From Waddliaceae bacterium (GTDB lineage Bacteria > Chlamydiota > Chlamydiia > Chlamydiales > Waddliaceae), in NCBI GenBank assembly GCA_963724325.1, contig CAVRUH010000007.1, positions 352,001-416,000 on the forward strand: a DNA stretch of 64,000 nt, given 5' to 3'. The notes beneath the pieces are model-generated. The model did no database searches. It had not been told where the DNA came from and saw only the letters and a program-made list of their open reading frames with translations. Each line of letters begins with the position of its first letter. Position 1 is the stretch's first letter. This document shows, in pieces, positions 51,501 to 60,417 of this stretch. The position numbers were made by a program, and so were the translations under genes.

Positions 51501-51796
51501 ATTTCATTTTCTTTGCATCACGAAGTCTTGATTTCCTCTGTCAGGGGTATATTAATCTCAAAAAAATCGAACGGGCGAAAGCTATTGTCGATAGGATGTT
51601 TGAACTTGCTGAGAAACAGAAGCACAAAGTTATGGAAGTCTATGGATGGAGGTTTAAAGCTGAAATTGACAGGCTTGAAGGTAAAGTTCCGCCAAATGAA
51701 GTGGAAGATGAATTCAAAAAAGCGCTCAATCTTGCCGAATCAATGGGAATGCTTCCCGAAGTTGAACGGATTCGGACAAGCATGGCCATCCATTAA
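48587..51796 (+). CDS. Zinc ribbon-cyclase-STAND-TPR protein, copy 4
   Basis: Same motifs; most divergent zinc-ribbon region. Confidence 0.9.
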   Translation: MIRCPNCNKECPDGSKFCRSCGKLIQKTCPSCGLVVDPQDSFCQQCGTSLTAATPPSFEKTTEEESKEIDQFEGSRKHVTIFFSDVTGSTVLSSGLDPEKIREMMVPVLKAMSSAVHEYGGTVIKAAGDGIMALFGAPISYEDHPLRACHAALLLQKTIRELKSQISVRVGINSGEAIVDLIGSDARKEYDAMGTAVALAARMEQMALPGTVQISTDTYQLVKDAVLVKSNGMQLVKGFPEPMEIFELTGVKKDFTRFVQLKTSQLTRFQGRTKEMSLLNSTLAMAIQGQGRIIGIVGEPGEGKSRLVYEFMNFSSAKDHVQYISQCQAMMNNNSFFSVRQILRGIFGIFDQPPEEQQAIVRKTLEVFKEDYNEYLNVSFAILNFPLKDPEWESLSPEFKRVKTLNGFVKLIISMDLQKPIILLIEDIQWIDEDSLECVNRLGKQLINHKILLILTYRPEFDDSAYDRNNFARIPIVPLPRDNFYELVTNILGPDAGLEPLKQKLVERCHGNPFFLEETVRSLKDHGELEGSQGNYFLTHPVDNIILPNSVQSVLEARVELLDYEDKKIIRTCAVIGKTIPLNLLKLVSNVKEVDLEQALAKISDKKFISKTQEFPEIIYTFIHDVVLDTIYKGILKKQKKIIHLSLLHSLEINYQGNDLEQMTIKAHHAFRGENWDKALNYYIALQLNAHLRSSPLEAIAHFDKATDAYYNIVNPTKEQTQRYLNALYRKGHECIWLGRNQEVILLFETGKDLITASSDKIAEIELNAFLGNLGNLGSGKYIEALKYAEKALAVLEEVEKETRANYEDLRVLVYQALVHAYHYSDEYRKEIDYGLSALEFLQDPTKSDKTTGGPVWTIIQVWIIMASALIGDTIVGKKCETDLLRFLKIEKPSAALHICYFGLCVYYANIADWEQALKYADLSREIGRQLGITLALNAVLSVQGYIYSLQNKNKEAEVLLDRAYEMDKEGDFIFFASRSLDFLCQGYINLKKIERAKAIVDRMFELAEKQKHKVMEVYGWRFKAEIDRLEGKVPPNEVEDEFKKALNLAESMGMLPEVERIRTSMAIH

Positions 51797-52593
51797 ACGT
51801 ATTTAGCGAACACAAGAGAGATCATTGATATCGATACCTTATTAACCTCCCTACAAAAGGAAAACAGGATATGCAGGATCGCAAGCGGCAGGATATGAAC
51901 GATAAATGTAACTTCTTACCCTGCTTTAAAATAAAAAGTAATTGACATCATCTTCCTAAAATCCTTCATATCCTGCCGCTTGCGATCCTGCATATCCTGT
52001 TTTCCTTTTGCAGCGAGGTTAACCAATGATCTCTCTTGTGTTCTCTGTGGTAAAAGATATTTTAGGTTGATGATTTGTTATTTTCGGCGTTGAACGGATT
52101 CGGACAAGCATGGCCATCCATTAAACGTATTCAGCGAACACAAGAGAGATCATTGCTATCTTGTTATTTCTTAAAAAAAACAGGATATGCAGGATCGCAA
52201 GCGGCAGGATTTGAATGATAAATGTAACTTCTTACCCTGCTTTAAAATAAAAAGTAATTGACATCATCTTTCTATAATCCTTCATATCCTGCCGCTTGCG
52301 ATCTTGCATATCCTGTTTTCCTTAACACAAGAGAGATCATTGCTATCTTGTTATTTCTGAAAAATAACAGGATATGCAAGATCGCAAGCGGCAGGATTTG
52401 AACGATATATGTAACATCTTACCCTGCTTTAAAATAAAAAGTAATTGACATCATCTTTCTATAATCCTTCATATCCTGCCGCTTGCGATCTTGCATATCC
52501 TGTTTTCCTTTTGCAGCGAGGTTAACCAATGATCTCTCTTGTGTTCTCTGTGGTAAAAGATATTTTAGGTTGATGATTTGTTATTTTCGGCGT
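51761..52593. repeat. Triplicated nested long inverted repeat (MITE-like), with duplicated 3' ends of both flanking genes
   Basis: 46-bp perfect IR 51854-51899 / 51965-52010; 20-bp outer IR 51808-51827 / 52024-52043; further copies at ~52177-52319 and ~52366-52505. Confidence 0.92.
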
Positions 52594-53602
52594 CTGAATC
52601 TAAAATTATGGTTCTCCACATAGTTTGGAGCTTGATGCACTGTTCCTGGTTTAGCTGTGGAAGGACCACGAAACAGTCATTGTTTTTCTCGAAGGCGGCA
52701 AGGGTCCAGTTGGCTGAGCCAAAAACAAGAGTCTCCTGATCAATGAGCACCATCTTGTGGTGCAGTAGACCTGAGCCCTCGTTTAGACTCACGGGGATTC
52801 CTTCTTCTCTGAGTAATTTTGTGACTTTGCTGCTCACTCCATTTGATGAATTGCGATCCAGAGCGACTTCAACTTGTATCCCTCTTTGGTGTGCTTCTAT
52901 GAGCTCTTGTGCTAGGTCTATGCGGGTCCAGGTGAACATAGCAACCTGAATAGTTTTCTGGGCGGTTCTAATCAGTTGTTTTATCCTTGCAACAGCATCT
53001 TTGTCATCAGGAAGAAGCCACAATTCAGGATTTTGGCCATTTATCGAAAATGAGCGGTGTGTATATTCATATTTCAATCCTGTATGGATCATAGATTCGC
53101 TCTTTTGACGTAAATACGCAGCCATTTCTGGAGAATAAAATCCTGCGACTAAGTTTCCATGAATCAGTAAAGATTGGGGCGTCATATTTGCAGATCCTAA
53201 CCATACCCTATTGCTATCTGTTACTAGAATTTTGATGTGCATGATCCCTTGACCACGTCGTTTGTAGGTTTTTACTTGTGACCCCAGGCGCCGTTCCACT
53301 CCAACAGAGGCCTCAGGATCACAAATAACTGTCACATCGATCCCTTCACTAGCCTTTTGCTTGAGGTTTGAAATCAAGGTCTTATCCGTCAGGCTATAAA
53401 TTATCAAAAGGATGGACTCATGCGCCTCATTTATAGCTTGGCTAAAAGTCTGTTTAAGGTCATCATCGGCTTGATTTGAATAGAGAATAATTTGTTGATC
53501 TGTTTGAGGGAGCGAAACAATGCTTGAAATGTTGAATTTAAGAGCAGTGAAAAGTACGATTCCAAATAGAGCTAATATGACCGTTTTTCGAAACTGTTTC
53601 AT
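52565..53602 (-). CDS. Phospholipase D family protein (two HKD motifs)
   Basis: HIKILVTD...GSAN and HHKMVLID...GSAN; N-terminal TM/signal. Confidence 0.92.
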   Translation of the reverse strand: MKQFRKTVILALFGIVLFTALKFNISSIVSLPQTDQQIILYSNQADDDLKQTFSQAINEAHESILLIIYSLTDKTLISNLKQKASEGIDVTVICDPEASVGVERRLGSQVKTYKRRGQGIMHIKILVTDSNRVWLGSANMTPQSLLIHGNLVAGFYSPEMAAYLRQKSESMIHTGLKYEYTHRSFSINGQNPELWLLPDDKDAVARIKQLIRTAQKTIQVAMFTWTRIDLAQELIEAHQRGIQVEVALDRNSSNGVSSKVTKLLREEGIPVSLNEGSGLLHHKMVLIDQETLVFGSANWTLAAFEKNNDCFVVLPQLNQEQCIKLQTMWRTIILDSDAENNKSST

Positions 53603-55782
53603 AGCTTAGCATTCATCTCTTGCATGAATTGAAGAAGGCCTGTGTATCTCTTTTTGACTTCATCATTTTTAACGGCGATCACCAATGCTTTCGTTGTGCC
53701 TATCAGGATGACCAATTTTTTTCCTCTTGTGACACCTGTATAAAGCAAATTGCGGTGAAGCAATTTGAAGTGCGTTGTGTGGACTGGCATGATTATACAG
53801 GGACATTCACTTCCCTGGTACTTATGGACTGAAATTGCATAAGCTAAAGACAATTCATCGAGATCATTGAATTCATATATGACCTCACGATCGTCAATGG
53901 TTACAATCAGTTCCTGTTCGCCATGGTCAATGTCAGTAATTAGACCTATATCACCATTGAAGACCGTACGCGTATAATTATTTCTTAGCTGCATGACCTT
54001 GTCACCTAGGGCAAATCGTTTTCCGTAGCGGTACAATGGTGTATTTTTCGGATTTAAGGCTTCTTGAAGGGCTACGTTTAGATTTTCTGTACCAATAATT
54101 CCTTTTTTCATAGGTGCCAGTACCTGTATGTCCTTTAATGGATCAAAATTATACTTCTTTGGAACTCGTTGTGTTACCAATGCAATGATCGACTTCAAAA
54201 CATTTTCTGGCTCCTGTTCTTCGATAAAAAAGAAATCGCTGTCAGGTCTTTTTTTCGAATAGGGGACTATTCCCTGATTGATTTTGTGAGCATTAGTGAT
54301 GATATCAGATCCGGCGGCTTGTCTATAGATTTCGTTTAAAGTTGTGACCAGAAGGTAGCGCGAAGTGATAATATCCTTTAAAACATTTCCAGGACCTACA
54401 CTTGGGAGCTGATTGATATCGCCAACGAACACGACTCTTGCCTTTGTAGGAATTGCCTTCAACAAGCTGTACATGAGATAAGTATCAATCATGCTTGATT
54501 CATCAACGATAATAAGATCGCATTCAAGAGGAGAGTCGCGATTCTTTTTGAATCCTCCTTTGAAATCAAATTCTAAGAGGCTATGAATTGTCGAAGCCTT
54601 TTTCCCTGTGATTTCGCTCATTCGTTTGGCGGCCCTTCCAGTTGGAGCAGTGAGCAATATTTTGTCAGTTAATTTTTCGGTAATTGCCAAGATTGCCTTT
54701 GTGATGGTGCTCTTGCCGGTTCCTGGACCTCCTGTAATGATGCAAATTTTGTCCTCAAGAGCATTACCTACGGCACTTTTTTGATTTTCACCAAGCTTGA
54801 TTTTGAGCGTTTCTTCAACCCAATCAAGAGCTTTTTGCACATTTACAGTCCGAAGGTCGGCAATCCCTTTCTTGATCCTCCTTATTTCACGCGCTATTCC
54901 CGACTCCGTAACAAAAAGAGACTTGCTCCAAACAAAATCTTGCAGGGTTGCATCATAAACCATTTTTTCAATTTCAATGCAGTCCTCTTTTTTCAGTTGA
55001 TCCATTCCGTAGTCGATCAGTGTTTGAGTGACTTGAAGGGTTTCGATAGCGTGAGCAAAAAACTCAGTGAGAGGATAACAAACATGACCATTCTTTGATA
55101 ATTCCGCAAGAATAAACTCAAGACCAGCAACAATGCGCATAGGGGAGTCCTTGGCAATGCCCATTTTTCCTGCAATATCATCTGCGGTTTTGAATCCGAT
55201 GCCATGGATATTACGTGCTAAAGTATAAGGATTTTCCTTGACCACTTCAATGCTCTTATTGCCATACGTTTTAAAGATTTTTTGCGCATAAGTGGGACTT
55301 ACTCCATGGGATTGCAAAAAGATCATCACGTCGCGGATAGATTTTTGATCAGACCAGCAAGTAGTAATCAGTCCAATTCTTTTTTTGCCTAAACCCGCAA
55401 CCTCTTTAAGCCTTTCGGGCTCTTTATCTATGACATGGAGAGTATCAACCCCGAAGGTATCCACAATCCTCTGCGCATAAGTCGGTCCAATTCCTTTGAT
55501 CAACCCAGAACCCAGGTATTTTCTAATGCCATTGACATCTGCTGGGGTTTCAACCTGATATTTTTCAATTTCGAATTGATTTCCATACATGAGATGCGAC
55601 TTCCAAAAGCCGAAGCAACGTATGGACTCGCCGGGTTGGACGGAAGGCATAAATCCCACAATACAAGTGAGATCCGACTTCTTAGATTCCTGTAGTTGAG
55701 CAACAGTAAATCCTGTTTCAGGATTTTGAAAGGTAATGCGTTCGATGTATCCAAAGATATTGTTCTTCATGAAGTTAGTCAT
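53599..55782 (-). CDS. recD2: RecD2-like ATP-dependent helicase
   Basis: IKGIGP, NPY, GGPGTGKS, DESSM, QLPSVGPG, SVHKYQGSE, YTGVTR. Confidence 0.95.
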   Translation of the reverse strand: MTNFMKNNIFGYIERITFQNPETGFTVAQLQESKKSDLTCIVGFMPSVQPGESIRCFGFWKSHLMYGNQFEIEKYQVETPADVNGIRKYLGSGLIKGIGPTYAQRIVDTFGVDTLHVIDKEPERLKEVAGLGKKRIGLITTCWSDQKSIRDVMIFLQSHGVSPTYAQKIFKTYGNKSIEVVKENPYTLARNIHGIGFKTADDIAGKMGIAKDSPMRIVAGLEFILAELSKNGHVCYPLTEFFAHAIETLQVTQTLIDYGMDQLKKEDCIEIEKMVYDATLQDFVWSKSLFVTESGIAREIRRIKKGIADLRTVNVQKALDWVEETLKIKLGENQKSAVGNALEDKICIITGGPGTGKSTITKAILAITEKLTDKILLTAPTGRAAKRMSEITGKKASTIHSLLEFDFKGGFKKNRDSPLECDLIIVDESSMIDTYLMYSLLKAIPTKARVVFVGDINQLPSVGPGNVLKDIITSRYLLVTTLNEIYRQAAGSDIITNAHKINQGIVPYSKKRPDSDFFFIEEQEPENVLKSIIALVTQRVPKKYNFDPLKDIQVLAPMKKGIIGTENLNVALQEALNPKNTPLYRYGKRFALGDKVMQLRNNYTRTVFNGDIGLITDIDHGEQELIVTIDDREVIYEFNDLDELSLAYAISVHKYQGSECPCIIMPVHTTHFKLLHRNLLYTGVTRGKKLVILIGTTKALVIAVKNDEVKKRYTGLLQFMQEMNAKL

Positions 55783-55850
55783 TCTATGATAACGGAATTT
55801 CTTTTACAATATTAGACTTAAAGATTAAAAGGAAAGAGGAGGTAATATAT

Positions 55851-56078
55851 ATGAAAAAATTGATTTTTGGATTATTAATGATGACCCCAATGCTCTATGC
55901 TGAAGGAGATTTCTGCGAAGAAGACAAGCCTTGCGACGAAAAGCCAAAAGCTGAGAAAAAAGTACCACCAAAAACTGCCCAACACTATGTCCAAATTGAA
56001 GACATGGATGAAGCGGACAACACCGTCACATGGCCCGGCAAACTTGAAGATTCTTTTAACGATGCTTTGACACGATAA
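55851..56078 (+). CDS. Small exported hypothetical protein
   Basis: GAGGAGG RBS; signal peptide MKKLIFGLLMMTPMLYA. Confidence 0.65.
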   Translation: MKKLIFGLLMMTPMLYAEGDFCEEDKPCDEKPKAEKKVPPKTAQHYVQIEDMDEADNTVTWPGKLEDSFNDALTR

Positions 56079-56103
56079 TGGTCATTTTGTGTATAATAGC
56101 TGC

Positions 56104-57861
56104 ATGCCATTATATACAAAAGAAAGTCTAGATAATCTACGTCAACGCATCGACCTCGTTGAAGTGATGTCCCCTTATGTGGAATTCAAGCGCTCTGGAG
56201 CTGCCTACAAGGCCCTCTGCCCATTTCATGACGAAAAAACACCTTCATTTATGATTCAGAAAGGGGACCGTCACTATCATTGCTTCGGTTGCGGCGCACA
56301 TGGTGATGCAATCCAATTTCTTATTAATCACTTGAAAATGAATTTCATGGACGCTGTGACTTATCTTGCTGAAAAATTCCATGTTCATCTCGAAGTAATT
56401 GAAGGGGGCGAAGAATACAAGGGACCAAACAAAACAAAAATGAGAGAGGCCCTCCAAACTGCTTGTGAATTTTACCATTTTTATCTCCTACACACCCCTG
56501 AAGGACAGGAAGCACTTAAATATCTCAACTCACGCGGCATTGACCTCGACTTCATTAATCGATTCCAAATTGGCTTCGCACCAAACGTGCCAGGAATTTT
56601 TAGAAAAATCATGTTCGAAAAGAAATTTTCTGATGAAATCCTTATGGGTGCAGGACTCATTGCAGAATCAAACCATGGAGGCTATCGGGACTTTTTTTCC
56701 GACCGTATTACCTTTCCGATTCACCACGCCACAGGTACTATGGTGGGATTTTCAGCAAGGAAATACAAGGAAGAAACCTTCGGCGGCAAATATGTAAATA
56801 CCCCTGAAACACCACTATTTAAAAAATCACGCATCCTATTTGGACTCCACCATTCCCGTCGTAGAATCGCTAAAGAGAGAAAAGCTGTCGTTGTTGAAGG
56901 TCAAATCGACGCCCTAAGGCTCATACATTCGGGTATCGATATTACCGTTGCCTCACAAGGGACTGCCTTCGGAGAGGGTCACGTGAAGGAATTGATCTCT
57001 CTTGGTGTGAACAGAATTTATTTATGCATGGACTCTGACAATGCCGGAAAAGAAGCTGCTGTGAAAACTGGCGATTTATTCCAAAAGGAGGGGGTCGAGG
57101 TCACTGTCCTTCAACTTCCTGAGGGCCTAGACCCTGATGCATTCATCCTTAAAAAAGGTGTCGACAGCTTCAAAAATCTCATGGATACCAGCGGGGATTA
57201 CATAACCTTCCTAGTCGACCATTATTCAAAAGTCATCAATATTCAGACGCCAGCCGGAAAAAATGAGCTTGTAGAGCATATGGGGAAGCAAATCAGGCAA
57301 TGGAAGCAACCCTTGATGGTCCACGAATCCCTTCGGAAAATGGCGCATCTGCTTCATGTTCCTGAAGAAATGGTAGGACTTAATCAACATTTTATTCCTA
57401 ATATACATATTAGAAAGTCGGGTAATGTAGGCATTCACCAGATTAATCCCAACCGCATTCTTGAAGCCGATTGCCTGCGCTGGCTTCTTCGGATGCCGTC
57501 ATTAAAATCTCAATTCCTTGCTACTGCGAAAATGAATCTGTCACCTGAAAATTTCCATGATCCTATTTGCTCCAAATTATTTCAGAAATATCTCGATCAT
57601 CCCGAGCTAGAGATTTTAGATGTCATGGCCGATGATGAGGATCAAATTTTGGTCACGGAGCTCATGGAGAAAAAAGTAAATTTAGAAAAGGCCGAGGAGC
57701 ATTTCCTTGATACCATACAGAAGATACTCCATCGGAATTGGATGGTAAGGCGCCAGGAGCTTACTCAACGGATGCAAGATCCCTCCCTAAGTATGGACGA
57801 CTGTATGATCCTTGCAAAAGAGTTCGATGCCCTGCAAAAATCACCCCCAAAGGTACAATGA
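56104..57861 (+). CDS. dnaG: DNA primase
   Basis: CPFHDEKTPSF zinc finger, CFGCG, KYVNTPET, Toprim VVEG...DSDNAG, DPD. Confidence 0.97.
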   Translation: MPLYTKESLDNLRQRIDLVEVMSPYVEFKRSGAAYKALCPFHDEKTPSFMIQKGDRHYHCFGCGAHGDAIQFLINHLKMNFMDAVTYLAEKFHVHLEVIEGGEEYKGPNKTKMREALQTACEFYHFYLLHTPEGQEALKYLNSRGIDLDFINRFQIGFAPNVPGIFRKIMFEKKFSDEILMGAGLIAESNHGGYRDFFSDRITFPIHHATGTMVGFSARKYKEETFGGKYVNTPETPLFKKSRILFGLHHSRRRIAKERKAVVVEGQIDALRLIHSGIDITVASQGTAFGEGHVKELISLGVNRIYLCMDSDNAGKEAAVKTGDLFQKEGVEVTVLQLPEGLDPDAFILKKGVDSFKNLMDTSGDYITFLVDHYSKVINIQTPAGKNELVEHMGKQIRQWKQPLMVHESLRKMAHLLHVPEEMVGLNQHFIPNIHIRKSGNVGIHQINPNRILEADCLRWLLRMPSLKSQFLATAKMNLSPENFHDPICSKLFQKYLDHPELEILDVMADDEDQILVTELMEKKVNLEKAEEHFLDTIQKILHRNWMVRRQELTQRMQDPSLSMDDCMILAKEFDALQKSPPKVQ

Positions 57862-57867
57862 TTAACT

Positions 57868-58215
57868 ATGGAAACTATAAGACCAAAATATCTGTACAAA
57901 ATCATGTCAAATAAGATGTGGCATGCATCGCAAGAGAGAATGACGCTTGTTCTTTCGCCAGATGACAGTGCCTTCATTCACCTTGCAAAAGACGATCAGC
58001 TCAATCACGTCATCACTAAATATTGGGCAGATGCCCCAGATTTTGTTGTTCTAAAACTAGAGACGGCCAAACTCGAAGGAAATCTTGTTTATGAATCGAA
58101 TCCCGGCGGCAATAATAAGTACTATCATCTATACAAAGGACATATCCCCTTTGCATCTATCATCGAAACCAAGACCTTTCCTCACGACTCCACTGATTTC
58201 TGCTGTGGAGATTAA
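57868..58215 (+). CDS. DUF952 family protein
   Basis: LYKI...W...FIHL...Q...YE...YYHLY pattern. Confidence 0.8.
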   Translation: METIRPKYLYKIMSNKMWHASQERMTLVLSPDDSAFIHLAKDDQLNHVITKYWADAPDFVVLKLETAKLEGNLVYESNPGGNNKYYHLYKGHIPFASIIETKTFPHDSTDFCCGD

Positions 58216-58216
58216 T

Positions 58217-59296
58217 TTATACTCCTAGTTCCTTTTGGAGTATGGAATCGAGCGCTTTGACATCTACGATATAGTCGTGGAAATCGTGGATGAACTTGCC
58301 TGGATAGGTTCGAACTTGGTTCGACATTAAATTGTTGTACCTCAATGGAATTGACTCGGAAATTTCTTTGAAATCATGCATGTAACTCATAATGATATCA
58401 GATAACTCAACAACAAAAGCGCCCTGCGTCGCAAACACCAGATTTGCAAGCCCAGCTCCATGAGGCCCCACAATGACCGAAGCCTCAGAAAAAGTCTTTA
58501 TCTGATCTACAATACTCAAATTGCCCGGAATTACCCTCTCAAACTTATACTTGTCAAGAATTTCCAATACCTCTTTTTCATTGTGCATATTCCGACCAGA
58601 TACATCTTCTCTCGAAACATATATCCGCCTTCCAGTCTGGGGAACAAAATGCTTTGCAACCTTTTCTCTGAGCCATTCGCATGCAGGCTTTATTCCATAG
58701 GTCCCGCGAACATTCACCGGAACAATAAGGTCCTCACATTCAATCATCGAATTTGCAGGGGCTTTTATTAGGCGATCTTCTTTGATATCAAGAATATCAA
58801 AGAACTCACGTTGGAATTTATGAAGATTCTCATTGACCAATAAAGGAAGTTTTTTTAGTTCGGGAGCATTTTCAATAAGCGACAGCCTCATAAGGTATCG
58901 ATTGATCCAATGGCAGTAGTTTTCATCTCCCCCGAGGAAAATACAGGTCTGAGGAACATGAAATGTTGGGGCGGGTGGTTCCTCAATAACAGCATGTTTG
59001 ATATCTGTGGTTACTCTGTCGTTCACAATAGAAAGAGGATTTAAATTGCGTTGTGAAAGTTCGATCCAACAAATTTTGTCTTTGTCGAATAATATCCATC
59101 GCTCTGTAAAGAGTCTAACATTGCGCAGCTGTGCAATATGGGGGAGGATAAAGTCATTAGAGGCAAACCTACCCACCTGATAAAGTTTATATTTCTCCGA
59201 AAGGGGCTTGAAGCAAAGAAAAGCAGCAGCTGGGGTGTTTGCTTTCAGAAGCTTTATCCCATAATCATAGAGTTTTTGCCGTTCAGATGCATCCAT
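58217..59296 (-). CDS. Glycosyltransferase family 61-like protein
   Basis: NYCHW, RRIYVSR, NEKEV, DQIKTFSEA, GPHGAGLANLVF. Confidence 0.85.
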   Translation of the reverse strand: MDASERQKLYDYGIKLLKANTPAAAFLCFKPLSEKYKLYQVGRFASNDFILPHIAQLRNVRLFTERWILFDKDKICWIELSQRNLNPLSIVNDRVTTDIKHAVIEEPPAPTFHVPQTCIFLGGDENYCHWINRYLMRLSLIENAPELKKLPLLVNENLHKFQREFFDILDIKEDRLIKAPANSMIECEDLIVPVNVRGTYGIKPACEWLREKVAKHFVPQTGRRIYVSREDVSGRNMHNEKEVLEILDKYKFERVIPGNLSIVDQIKTFSEASVIVGPHGAGLANLVFATQGAFVVELSDIIMSYMHDFKEISESIPLRYNNLMSNQVRTYPGKFIHDFHDYIVDVKALDSILQKELGV

Positions 59297-59366
59297 TTCT
59301 TCACTTTCGCAAAGTCGATATTATTAATCAACAGCTTTTGCATGTAAGATTAGTTAAAAAACAAAT

Positions 59367-59396
59367 TTGACAAATTAAATTAAAAAGCATTATAAT
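59367..59396 (+). promoter_or_regulatory. Sigma66/70-type promoter
   Basis: TTGACA-18 bp-TATAAT upstream of the 59431 ORF. Confidence 0.6.
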
Positions 59397-59430
59397 TAGT
59401 TAACTGAAGAAATAGGAGTGAGGGATTTTT

Positions 59431-60411
59431 ATGAATTTTAACCATATTACGAATTTAAATAATGTTCATGAAACGGCAGCTTCAAGAGTTCAGACTTGGG
59501 TAGCAACCAAAGTCGATCTTTCTGGCCATACTGTTTCTGCTGACCCGGCAAAATTTACATTTAAAAGTTTAAGTCAATCTCAAAGGGCCCTGGTTATAAA
59601 AGCCTTTAGTGAGGGTGCAATAGAAGGCAAAGTAACATTTTCTGCAAAAGAATTAAAACAAGTCGACGCTCTTCTTGCCGGCAAGGTAAAAGAATACAAG
59701 AAAAACTTTTTTGCTACCGCTGTAAAGGGAATGGGAGGCGATAATCGCATAAAGGAATATGAAGTACAATCAAAAGTTGGTGAGTCAATTAGAAATGGAC
59801 AACTCAATAACTACATAAACTCTGCAGCGGGAAGACTTAATGACACGAATGCAAAATTTGATAAAGCATCCCTTACTAAAGAGTACAAAAAATTGGCAGA
59901 AACAGCTGTAGCATTTGCATTTGCAGTGATAATGACTCAAAGCTCAAAATCTGGCGTTTCTCTAACTGGATTTGAAGGATTTGAGAGGCTTAAGGAAATG
60001 AAGAACAATTTAGATTCTAAAGATAAAATAATAGACCATAAAAATGACACAAGGGAATTGGCCGGATTAAGTGATAAGGCAAATAATCTTATTGGACGAT
60101 TACAAGAATTAAAAATGTTTTTAAAAGCTGATGCAAATACAACAGAACAGGGAAAACTAAAGGAAGCATTGTTTTCAGAAATCAACAAAGTCGCAAAGGA
60201 ATTAGGTCTAGACAAGGAAGCTATGGACAGCCTAACTAAAACTTTAGAGGCGACTGATCAAAAATATACTCAGGCCCTTGACAAAAATTTCACCGAAGGA
60301 GTGAAAGCTCGAGAACAACAATCAAAAATTGATGATAAAAATGCTAAAGAGAGTCAAGGAAAAGGCGACTATGGAGCTTTGAAGAGAGCCGGCGGTAAAA
60401 AATTTATTTAA
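59431..60411 (+). CDS. Lysine-rich coiled-coil hypothetical protein (candidate effector)
   Basis: GGAG/GAGG RBS; N/T/S-rich N-terminus; helical composition. Confidence 0.65.
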   Translation: MNFNHITNLNNVHETAASRVQTWVATKVDLSGHTVSADPAKFTFKSLSQSQRALVIKAFSEGAIEGKVTFSAKELKQVDALLAGKVKEYKKNFFATAVKGMGGDNRIKEYEVQSKVGESIRNGQLNNYINSAAGRLNDTNAKFDKASLTKEYKKLAETAVAFAFAVIMTQSSKSGVSLTGFEGFERLKEMKNNLDSKDKIIDHKNDTRELAGLSDKANNLIGRLQELKMFLKADANTTEQGKLKEALFSEINKVAKELGLDKEAMDSLTKTLEATDQKYTQALDKNFTEGVKAREQQSKIDDKNAKESQGKGDYGALKRAGGKKFI

Positions 60412-60417
60412 AAGCAG

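Noticed and set aside
52258..52278. TTGACA...TATAAT promoter inside the inverted-repeat loop
   Set aside because: The spacer is only 9 bp, incompatible with a sigma70-type promoter
52565..53602. PLD as the effector of a CBASS/Pycsar-like system with the cyclase array
   Set aside because: Opposite strand, coupled to recD2, has an N-terminal membrane anchor and no cyclic-nucleotide-binding domain; looks like a resident chlamydial PLD
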